Assembly (NCBI GenBank): GCA_002633005.1
Contig: NMRA01000007.1
Span: 1,576,001 to 1,640,000, forward strand
DNA from: Phoronis australis
Lineage: Eukaryota; Animalia; Phoronida
Reading direction: 5' to 3'
DNA length: 64,000 nucleotides
Position numbers and translations under genes: made by a program. This document shows positions 22,951 to 33,692 of the stretch, piece by piece. The notes under the pieces were generated by a model. The model saw only the letters and a program-made list of their open reading frames with translations, was not told where the DNA came from and did no database searches. Within the stretch, counting starts at the first letter, position 1. Each line of letters starts with the position of its first letter.

Positions 22951-25099
22951 GATTAGCAGACGACGTACTTGCCGGAAATTACACCAGATAATTGAGCCAG
23001 GTGTCGCCAGTGAATAATGACGTAAAGGCTTGTGCGTAAGACCACAGATTTCGTCCATTGAAAGTAAACGGAGTTAGCGGTCCATGTACTATAGTCTATG
23101 ATTGCACAGTGGAGCAGACGACGGAAACTGAGTCGTAGTGCGCAGCGCCACTGCCGGTCGCTTGGGATATCGCGGGAGAGCCAATACTTAGCCATAGTTC
23201 CGTTACGAATGTACATCAGTCATGCTACCTTGTTTGCGTAAAGCGCTGTCTGTTGAGAATTCGACTAGTCAGTCAGAAACGCCTGTGTAATAAAATTTCC
23301 AGAGGAAAATAAATGATACTTGCGTGCTGGCTACTGACCACCTAGCGGCACGCAAGGAACCAGCGAGGGCACAGCCCTGAGGAGAGCAATACAGACAACC
23401 AATCAGTTAAAGTTTCAGAGCCTTAATGGACAGGTATATTTTGTTTCCACAAGCTGACGGACGTTTCAATTGACCCATCGCAAGCTCCGCCCCCTTGCGT
23501 AATGTCGACTAACAAACAATAAGTTTTACCCGGCAACGTGTTGTTTGTCGGGTAAAATGGCGACTTGGAAACGAAGGTGTGTCAAGAATGATGAGTTCTA
23601 AATGGTCAGTTAAGCTGTCACTCAAAATCCTGGCGACAGGTCAATTTAAAACAAGACCTTTGGACGAGTGTGCCAATTGTAAATACGACCTCGATTGTCG
23701 CTAAAGCGCTTGTTACCTATTTTCTGATATTTCTATACCCATATGTCACGTGGTGGATATCCTGCCGATAAGTGGTTGAAACAACGCAGTTTGATTTAAA
23801 TATAATAATGATTATACCACAATAATTATTAGTCTCGAATGGCATATACAACCGTGTTATCTCACTAGTGAGATAACATTTTGGCGGGAAACCAAGCCCG
23901 GATTCGCACCTGGGCCTCAACAGTTTCGAGTCGCCGACTTTACCACTACACCACTCAGCGGCTGACGTCATCGAACGTGAAAATAGAATACTTAATGTGC
24001 ACGCGAAACAATCGCATGTTCAGCAAAGGGCATTGCTATACGCTATGAAAAATAAGACGCATAATTTCCATAAAAACGATATTTTAATTCAGTGAAAATT
24101 TTCTCTTGTGTTCTCTCACTTGTAAATCACCGATCTCCAATTTGAATGCGGGCCTCGTGTCGTCGGGATCCTTTGACTTGAGCATTACAGTCAGTTACTA
24201 GTGGTAATCTACTTTAGCAGACGATATTTTCCCGGTCGAAGCTTAGCGTGATAAAATGTGTAGTTAGCTATGATAGTTGCTAAACCTTAATTTATAGATT
24301 CACTTTATTTCTATTATGTGTTATTTTTCAATTGGTTTTGAGTAAAAGCATTATTTGACAAAAACAGCTCGGCTTTTCTTAAAAGGTCACGACCTCCGAC
24401 CCCGGGCCTCTGACATAGAAAGTAGTCACAAAGCCGAGGCGAGTCGAGAAAGGTAGATCGATTCATTGCAATGTTTCTCGTTCAGTATGTGGTATAAATA
24501 ACGCCCCTCGGGCGATAATTCTCCAAAATCCAATTAGGCTCTAAATAAGGGGGATAACGCCATGTAATAATCTATATGTATATTGACTAAATATTTAAAT
24601 TTTCCTAAATGAAAGATCATAAACATTAATACATGATGACGTTCTCCCGTTCCTAGCGTCGGCCTTGGATCCAGTGTTACACTTGTTGTCTGTGACGAGT
24701 TTTTCTTCTCTTGATCATGCAATCCAGTTTCCAAGCAATCTTCCCTTAATTGGAGAGATACTTCGGATTAATCGTGAAGTTCAGTCCATCGAACATCAGA
24801 TAAATTACGTTAACAAGAATTCAGTCCACCGAATTCTAGATAGGCCTACAATGTATCCCCTTGAAATTCAGTCGAATTTCTGCTACAATGTGTCGAATTG
24901 AAATTCAGTCGATCGAATTTCTAGTACTTGTGACATTTCTGAGCAAACCAGTAGTATCTCCTCAAGAATATCTATGATATCTCTGTAGCAACAGTGCTGT
25001 AGTGAGGCGTAGGCATACGTAAGCGCAGCCAACCACCTTTTGACACTTGAACGTAGCGCCTACGCACCGTAAGTTACGTTCAGTGCTCAAGGTGATACG

Positions 25100-25364
25100 C
25101 ATGCGCGCACCCAGCCCTCAATATTGGGGGCTCGAATTCCTGACGTTGTGGACCTTTCGGTAACAACATAGGCGGTGGACTAAAAAGAAAAAAAAGAAAA
25201 AAAAAACGAAAAAAAAAAACAAAAAACGGGGGCACTACTGTTGCGTGTTTGTGGTTGTTTAAAGGACTTTTGTCTCATTTTCTTGGACATTTTGTTTCTC
25301 GGAGGCGGACCTTTTTGCCCACTTCACCAAATGGGTCCCCGAGCCCCCCGTGGGTGCGCGCATG
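25100..25364. mobile_element. MITE family with CATGCGCGCACCCA termini and 5-bp TSD (other copies 21400-21542 and 21822-21978)
   Basis: Perfect 5-bp direct repeats flank each copy: ATACG, ACGTG and CGTTT respectively. Confidence 0.85.
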
Positions 25365-26313
25365 ATACGGTGGGCTTTGGGCGCTTACTTACCTCTAATT
25401 TTACCACTACAGCATTGTGTAGCAAGCTGGTTGCCTCTCTTCAAGAAATATGTCTTCTTGAGTAGCTAACAGAATATTTATATCAAACAAAATAAAGATG
25501 GGCGAGTTAGATCAAAACATAAAATCTACAAACTCCCACCAAATGCTACTCATAGTTCTAAAACAATTCTAGGAACAAAATTGTTGAATTTCAACTATGA
25601 ACCCAAGCCTTCGCTAAATATGGTAAGGCTTTAAGTACTTTCTGATTAATAATAACAAGACTATTGTTGTTGCCCGGAATGGCTCGCCCCACAGTTCCGA
25701 TGAATTTAAAGTTACATAGCATAACATAAACACATGGTAAGAGACAAATATGCTGATTCATTTCCTATGCACTCATAGGAGGCAACAAATTTCGGTAAAC
25801 AACCGAAACATTAATTAATTAATTACACAACAATCACTATATACTTAATTAATACTTGCCATACAATATTATGATATGCATATATTTAACCCAAGCTGTA
25901 ATGTATCTGTATCATAATCTAGATGATGTAAATATTAAATAACTGACATTTTCATCCTACATAATATCTCGCCGTAACACCATAACTAAATATGTTCTGC
26001 TTTCCAATATAAAATACGACAGTTTATAAGACATCGACAGTATATGCATTTCACATGTGTATGTTAAACAATATCTTCGCATATTTTTATGATGAAAGTA
26101 CTGAAAGTAATCCCTATAGTGTTTCAATTGCTTATCAGTTCTGAATGAAACAATAAGCACCTATCAACTTGGTCTTTTTATCTTCAGTTTAATTCCTAGT
26201 TGTCACCTCAATTTTGTTTTATTAGTAGTCAACTTTGTCCACACAGCTATAGCTAATAGGTACGTGTATCCATTGTTGTGTCTAAAGTTTAATATTAAAA
26301 GTGCAAAACTCAC

Positions 26314-26464
26314 CTAAAACATGTCCAAGTAGATGTGACGACGGAGGAATCCCAAATTCGCATTTTCTGGGAATACTTGAGGAATTGTCCGAAACATTTG
26401 TCTTGTTAACGAATATGTCCCATGACGATGCGCCGGTGGGTACTTCACTATGACCGTGCTTCAT
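26314..26464 (-). CDS. Duplicate (distal) first coding exon of OSTalpha-like copy A
   Basis: Encodes MKHGHSEVPTGASSWDIFVNKTNVSDNSSSIPRKCEFGIPPSSHLLGHVL. It has an ATG and a phase-1 donor G|GTGAGT compatible with exon 2 at 10644. Homologous to 16300-16435 and 50272-50422. Confidence 0.75.
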
Positions 26465-27109
26465 AACGCAGATTGTCTAGTTCAGAAATCGTCTGCTGAC
26501 CGCCGAAAATCCCGCATAATCTCCTCGCTGCGTTACCGTAGGTGAGAATGGTGGTGCTGGAAAGGGCACTGTTAAAAATTCTAACCAAACAGCATGGCGG
26601 CTCAAGATTCGACGATGAATTGTAATACAGACCAGTAATTAACCCACGTAAACACGCACGTACTGGCAAAATCAACGCACAGATAACGGGATTAAAACCT
26701 ATTATCTGGAATACAATATTTGATTAATTTTCACACATACTCCAGTATGATCTCAAACGCAATGAAATTATTTTACGTCGGTCAATAAGCATTGAGTAAT
26801 CACTAGACACACCTCGACTTGTAGCTAAAATACTTTCGCACAAGAAACGTCGTGTGGAAGTCTATATTGAAGAATTTATAGCCGAGTATTTATCGCGCGA
26901 TGAAATAAACATAATATTATTCTATCATCACGATAAGCACCGCTTAAAATTATCAGACCACAGATGTCTGGGCCCGCGATATTATCTGTGTATTTGATAT
27001 CAAATTAGAAATTATTTTTGACATTTTCCGTCCTGCTTCAATATGAAATTAAGATTAGTGTATAATATTCTATGCTAGAGTACGTTATGGTTTACCCAGA
27101 TTATTTAGT

Positions 27110-28830
27110 CCCTGAAAGTTTGACTTTATTCGCCATCTGTTGGTGTTTTTTTTGTGTTCGCCATGCGGCTTCTATCGCGTACTATTTTCCACGTGACTAA
27201 TTCTTCAACACATTTTTACATATGTAAGACTGTTTGGCTGACCATGGTTTATAGCTGTAACTCGCCAATTTGGCTCATTCGTATTTCAACGCCCTTACCG
27301 ATGAGTTTAATATATTCTAGTTTAGTCGTGATTTTTATGCCGCAAATTGGTGTAAGTATATTGTACTTAGTTTTTTTATACAGTCAGAACTTCAACGTAA
27401 TTGTAACGCGTGTTCTGTACCTTAACATGTAATTACCGTTGCCTCAAGTAGTTTGACGTTGGGTTTGAATATTAAGTGTATATGCAATGTTAAACATCAA
27501 TATTGTAACTTTGTAAACGACCAACGCATTGTTCAATTGTCTCATAGAATGTTTTCTGTATGTTACAGTTGAACCCAACAACTACAAGTTTACGAACAAA
27601 TAAAGTTATTCAGCGCAACTCATGCTCGCGTTCATCCATGTGGGCCTCACGATTTTCGCGACCACATTGTTGTTCCAACCAATGGCTGAGATGTCAAACG
27701 CCCACCATTAGCCACGAAGCTGGTGTCAGACTTTAAGCGGCTCAACGGCGACGCAGTATGGCATTGGATACACCGACGTCGACTTCATTCCGAACATGTC
27801 TGGGGACGCCAACTCTATTATTCAGAACATGCCTGACAAGACAAGGAGTGGACCGACTCCAAAAGCGTGAAGTCGTCATTTTCTGCATATTCGTCTGTGT
27901 CTGCTGTCTCATCTAAAACAATGTTAAAACTTTCGAACGCTAAAGCCAAGAAAGCTGAGCTTGAGGCACACCTAGCCGCTGCAACCTGAGCACAAATTGA
28001 AGATGAGCATCAAACATTTAGAGCTGGAATTGGAGGAATAGAAATTACTACAGATTTACAAGTTGCTTCAGCCTATAAGAAGGTTTATATGAAAATTTAT
28101 CAGACAGTGTTGTGTCAATCGACTCGGTGTTGCCCGTAGCACAGACAGAGTCTGTTGATAACCCTGCACGTACGTGTGAGTCATCTATTGTCTCATCGCA
28201 GTCTGTTGTTAAAAGTGCGCCTTCTTACGTATCAGTTCATAGTACAAGCCAAGTGATTCCCAGTGCGAACTCTGACGTAATTGTACCCCGTTCAAGTGCT
28301 GGTGTTGCCATGACGTCGCAACTTCAGTCTTCTATATTCTATGCCATGCCACCCTTATCATCCGGTGCCTGTGTTGCTGTTACGTCACACCCGTCTGCAA
28401 AGTAAACGAAGAAATGATATGTTTGTGTTGATCAATTTATATTTAACATGTCCAAAAGTCATTTGGCCGTATATGGGGTGTCTTTAAAGACCAGTCATCA
28501 ACGCCACCATGTGTCAGCAGTGGATCTCTGCCGATTGTAGCCACAGGTATCAGACCCATAGCCAGGATTACGCAAGGGATGGTTCTAAACAGTGGGCCTT
28601 TTGATGATGTTTGCCAAATTTGGCATCGACTCTGTACCTTTTTCGGGAGCGCCCCTATGGAGCTAGACAGTGAGCGACGCAACACTGTCAGGAAATTCAA
28701 ACGCAACACATAAGTCGATGTAGACGTAAATTCCAATTTCAGTACAACATTACGTATTGAAACGACGAGATGTACACCAGAGGTTGATAGGCTTCCAAAT
28801 TTTATCTTTCGGATTTAGCTCTTATAAACG
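27110..28830 (+). mobile_element. Decayed LTR-retrotransposon fragment with a BEL/Pao-like gag N-terminus; boundaries approximate
   Basis: Broken frames KSVKSSFSAYSSVSAVSS...KAKKAELEA, LELELEE, EITTDLQVASAYKKVY and PEVDR resemble BEL/Pao gag. PBS-like TGGTGTCAGA at 27721 and AATAAA at ~27599. It interrupts a MITE that is complete in unit B. Confidence 0.5.
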
Positions 28831-29530
28831 TTGTCAGTAACTAACTCTTTGTTATTGTGGACATCAGCGCCAATATGGCAATTTATCTGAGACTCCTCTC
28901 ATACCTGCTCGCACTAATTAACGTGTAAACATATCGCGCCTTGCCAACCAACGACTACGGAACACATCAGTCAGTTTTTTTTCTACATATTCGGAATGTA
29001 TGTGCATCATTGTTCTCTCTTTGGGCAGCCTTTCCTTAGCAGGTACCTGCTAGGGCTGGACCGTTTTCGCGGGGGGGGGGGTCGATACAACCGCTCACGA
29101 ACCTCCCCTGGATACGGGCCTGGGTATACCAGCCAGCACCAACAACGCTTTCCACCGTCAACATCCGCTTAATACGGGTTCCCAAACTTACATCAAAATT
29201 TCAGAATTTTGCACATTTTTCCGCAAAAGACGATCGTGAAGACAACGATGAACACAAGAACCTTTGTGATCGTGAACACACTGTGTCGTCTCTAATGACG
29301 GCGAGCTTATTGTAATAAGACGTACAAATTAAGTTACGAAACCAGTGTCGTCCAAAAAAATTTACTGCAGCCTATATTGAATTATTGTGTGATATTTCTA
29401 TAAGCTAGAATATATGACATAGATTGCTTGTAAATCCCCAAAAGCACTAAATGTATACCAAGCAAAGTGTAAAGAGAGTTACCGTTGTCGTACCTCTTAA
29501 AGGGACACTATCGAAGAACGCATTTTGGGA

Positions 29531-29925
29531 CTACTGTTGGATGGGACAGGCTTCTTGAAGTTATTGTTGGATGGGATAGACTTCTTGAAGTTATTGTTGG
29601 ATGGGATAGACCTCTTGATGTTATTGTTGGATGGGATAGACCTCTTGAAGTTATTGTTGGATGGGATAGACCTCTTGAAGTTATTGTTGGATGGGATAGA
29701 CCTCTTGAAGTTATTGTTGGATGGGATAGACCTCTTGAAGTTATTGTTGGATGGGATAGACTTCTTGAAGTTATTGTTGGATGGGATAGACTTCTTGAAG
29801 TTATTGTTGGATGGGATAGACTTCTTGAAGTTATTGTTGGATGGGATAGACTTCTTGAAGTTATTGTTGGATGGGATAGACTTCTTGAAGTTATTGTTGG
29901 ATGGGATAGACTTCTTGAAGTTATT
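29531..29925. repeat. 30-bp minisatellite, 13 units
   Basis: (TTATTGTTGGATGGGATAGAC[T/C]TCTTGAAG)n with no spacers. Confidence 0.97.
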
Positions 29926-30884
29926 AGCTTTGATCACAGCTATTAAACAACAAAATCCATTGTTTTTGCGAGTGTATTTCAAATAGCCAATTCTCGACTT
30001 CCAGACATTCGCTGAAAACAAGGCCGGTACTGCTATTTACCGCGCGGTATTGTGGCTCAGCGGCCGCGTCGTGTGTGCGTTGACCTTGGGCGATCATTTT
30101 AAACTCCCACAATATATCGAAAATTTTGTAACTACTTGCAGTGATGTACAGCGACTAAGTAGGATCAGATCAGAACAAATCAACAAATCAACGCGGAGAG
30201 CATTCTAACACTATTTACAAAGCATAATGTATATTTTTCTGACTTTTTCCGCTTGCACACATTATTTAATGTTGATAACAAAGATGTCAACATATCACAG
30301 AAGACCAGTTGTCCGCATAATACTGTATTATGGAATTTCGTGAAATCCATTGAAGCTCTGGCTTCAGAATCAGGCTAATACTCTTTCAAGAGAGATCTAA
30401 ACACCGTCACCCATTTTATATTTCGTACAAAGTCAAACCCTACTTCTATACCTTAACTTTCCGCACTTGAAAATTAACCTCTTTTTATCAAAATCGAATT
30501 TTAGTTCATGGCTCTGATCGGCTTGGCATCCTCAGTCGTCGACTGTGGTTCGTGGTCATAGAGGCCTTGACATTGTCGCCCTCTCTCTGGCTAGTTGGAG
30601 ATAGGAACCACACCTCGCTCAGATACATCGTCAAGTATATCACTTGTGGGAAGTTCGGACACGTAGCTTTACGTGAGTAGTCCGGTCGATAATAGCCGAC
30701 CGCCATGTAAGGGTTTACTACAACACTAAAACTAAGAACGTAAATTCAGTGGCACTGGAAATCGAACTATTCGTGGTTTTGTCCATCCAATGTTTTTTCA
30801 CCAAAGGATTATTATTTTTTTATCATTGAGATTGGTTAGTTTCTTTTTAAAAGGGAAAAAATAAACGACCAGTGTGCAACGACT

Positions 30885-33635
30885 CAGGGGCGGATCTACG
30901 TTTTCAGTAAGGGGGGGGTTTAGGATTCCCGCAAAGGTCGAATCCGAGGCACGTGGCGCCGAGAGGGGGGAGGTCGGGAGGGGGGTTTCCCCCCTCCGTG
31001 TAAGACCATTTTTTTGTTTTTGTAGCCAAATAGTGAAATTTCCATGCATCCTGGTAAGTTTCTGGCACTAATAACATGTCTCTTGAGTTTTTCTTAAGAT
31101 AATTTAAAACCCTTCTCGATTTCGTCGCATGAACGTGGCTCACAAGTTTCGTGAAATCATATTTGTGCACATCTGGGTATGAATTACGCCACCAGCAAAA
31201 ATTTTTGTTGGAACATCTGCTTATACACACCTTTTTAGCATACGAAAAGTCGTATATGAAAAAGTGTGGTGTGTGTGGGGGGTTAGACAACTACCAAATA
31301 TTCAAGAGCATAAGGAGCACCCGACGGGGAGTAAAACATTGAATAACAGATGATCGCGTAACAGCAGCCTCAAGTTGTTTAAGAACGAAGACCTGTACTG
31401 TTAGTCTGGAAATAAACATGTGTTCTGTCTAATTATGAGAAAAACTGGCAAACGATGGTGCTCTCAGCTCATAGTATATTATTAAAAGCGACAATAAACA
31501 ATTAGGTATCACTTCATTAAGCTGAATCACGTTGACCACAATTGAAAAACGTCAAATGTATCTGGAAACGAATCAGCTGAAAACAGTTTCAAGAAACCAA
31601 AACATTCTGTACATCGTGGTGAAAATATAAACAGGACCAGTTCGCAGAGGGACCAGGTGTACACTGAGAGTACACAAAAAGGCCTGGTCCGTCACGAGAC
31701 CAAAAGTACACCTGTGCTTATTATCCCTATAAACATAGTTGATCTGTGGCGGGACCAAACAGTACTGGCTGAGATAGATAGTTTTACAAAGCACACTTTG
31801 GTAAAAAAACATCACAAGACTAGTTCGCCGAGGAACCAGAAGTACACTGAAACTCACTATCTACACAAATCAAGCTGGCCTGGTCCCTCGCGAGACCTAA
31901 AGTGTACTATGCAAAAAAGTTTGAATTGAAAACTTCTCTCTAGACACTTTTTAATGCCCAGTGGTTGCTCATACATGTATTTTATACATCTGGTCGTCAA
32001 CTGCTGCGAGAGGTTGTCTAGGAAGGGTTTTCGCACCGTTCTGTAGTACTCACTGGAAGAAACAAGTATTGAGAACAAATTTAACTACGCACTACGTGAA
32101 ATCAATTTTGGATATGAAGCAGATAGAGCCAAGTGGAAATACAAACCAGAATCAGTTTTTGTGCGCTCGTAGACCCTCTGCTGTATTGGGTAAATTTGGC
32201 ATGACCAAAAATAATTTCTATTTCGTTTTCATTGTACACAAGTATAAAAACCGACATTATGTACAAACTGTGTAGAATCATAACTTATTACGTAGGTATT
32301 TCTCCAGGAACGTTAGTCCTATCCTGCTGTTGTCTGGACTGCCGAGGAATCTGTATATCGGATCCAATGGTTTGCTGCTCTTGGAACCATTCTACCCAGA
32401 CATCTTCGACGTTTGTTCCCAACGCTTGCACTTCGTCAACTGCTGTGTCAATGAGCTTGTACGCCTCTACAATGTCAGCATCTCGTTTCGCAGCTCAGTT
32501 GGCACTAAGCCCCCTGAGGTTACCAAGTCCATTCAAAAGACTTACAGCATGCGCAACTAAATTTGATCCGTTCATCATGGACTACTTCAAACCTTGACGA
32601 TGTATCCCAGGACCCATTTGCATCTCTTGCAATTTTCGAAATAAACGTCCCAGTGTCTGAACGCTTGAAACCCGAAGTACAAACATCAAATAAATGCCCA
32701 TGAGCATGGGCGTTTCGTCGGTTGGGCCTTTCTGCGGAAATTCCCAGTATAGAAAACGGCAGTGGTGCTTATTGCAGGTAGAAAGACGGTAGGTGTTGAG
32801 GTCGGCACTAGGGCTCCTTAGGAGGCCCATTGAACATCGCACGAGTCCCGCAAGACTTTGTTGTGAAAATACAGGCTCCCCGCAATTTCTGGTACTGTAA
32901 ACTGTTCGCGAATGCGGTCACTTTGTCAATGTGAGTGCCCCCTTGGTCATTCCTTGTATAGACAAAACTTGTTAGAGTGCATCTTCAAACAGACTCGCGA
33001 CCAGACCACGGCGCCCGCCACAATAGCAATTCTTCGGAAAACAAGTTTTTTTCAAAAGTATTACATGTACATGTACACCGTATGATATTGCGCAAGACAA
33101 CTTTACTGTACACCACTCAAATTCGAGTTTCAAACGTGTGGGGTGTAATACGATGACACGGCATGACAGATGAGGTAAAAACGTTGCACGTCAATTCGCC
33201 TGAATATCAGGGTTGGGGCACCACAGTATTTCCCTAATCAAATCAAAACATATCTTAGAGTAAAGAAGCTAGTTATCTAAAGAAATCAGCTATAGAGCTG
33301 CTCTTTCAGCGGTGGATCCATCTAAAATGCTTGGCTACTTCAGAAGTGTCGTCGGAAGCGCGCGCACAATTGATCTACGGGGTTTTGTCGATGAGCCACG
33401 AAGACTCGAAACGCGTTGATTTTCATAACAGCAATTCACAATGCAAAAAATATATTTTCAGAGTGAACCCCCCCCCCTCATTTTTTTCCAGGTTGGTTTA
33501 CTTAGGGTTTACACACGCTGGCGGTGCCGGCGTTTTTGTTTTGCTGGAGACGTTTTTGTTTTGTTTTTTAATTTTTGGGTCCTGGCCCGAGGGGGGGGTT
33601 TAAACCCCCTGAACCCCCCCGTAGATCCGCCACTG
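30885..33635 (-). mobile_element. Internally deleted hAT (Tip100/PRKRIR-type) transposon, specific to unit B
   Basis: TIRs CAGGGGCGGATCTAC and GTAGATCCGCCACTG, with a degenerate ~8-bp TSD of GCAACGTT (empty site at ~294). Minus-strand remnant at ~32520-32290, KRDADIVEAYKLIDTAVDEVQALGTNVEDVWVEWF...IPRQSRQQQDRTNVPG, resembles THAP12/PRKRIR-like hAT transposases. Confidence 0.8.
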
Positions 33636-33692
33636 GTAACGTTTCAGCTTAAATTTGTCTTATACGTAGAACGATATGTGATTTTAGTGTTA

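Larger units (their letters stand above)
20082..23100 (-). mobile_element. P-element-like DNA transposon (non-autonomous/decayed) carrying THAP and PHD-finger remnants
   Basis: Imperfect TIRs CATAGATTATAG..CGCAACTCCG and CATAGACTATAG..CGCTAACTCCG. Perfect 7-bp TSD ATTGCAC at 20075-20081 and 23101-23107. A THAP domain lies at the 5' end. Confidence 0.8.
18916..23370. mobile_element. TIR DNA transposon with 3-bp TSD, hosting nested elements
   Basis: TIRs GCCCTCG(T/C)TGGTTCC(C/T)T..TAGCCAGCACGCA.GTATCA, flanked by ACA/ACA. The empty site AAAAGG(T/C)ACAGC is seen at ~15780 and ~49751. Confidence 0.75.
1..30432. repeat. Tandem segmental duplication, unit A (left end is outside the window)
   Basis: Position 1 aligns with ~30578. 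Colinear homology continues through both genes to CCCATTTTATA(T/C)TTCGTACAAA at ~30411-30431 vs ~53982-54002, after which the sequences diverge. There are many copy-specific insertions. Confidence 0.93.

Noticed and set aside
23890-23963. Functional tRNA genes here and at ~52450, ~19400 and ~46920
   Set aside because: A/B boxes are present, but acceptor and anticodon stems pair poorly, the copies disagree at the anticodon, and all lie inside repeats.
29485-30021. Three long repetitive ORFs, or a possible CRISPR-like array
   Set aside because: This is a pure 30-bp tandem repeat with no unique spacers and no cas genes. The ORFs result from a stop-free unit whose length is a multiple of 3.
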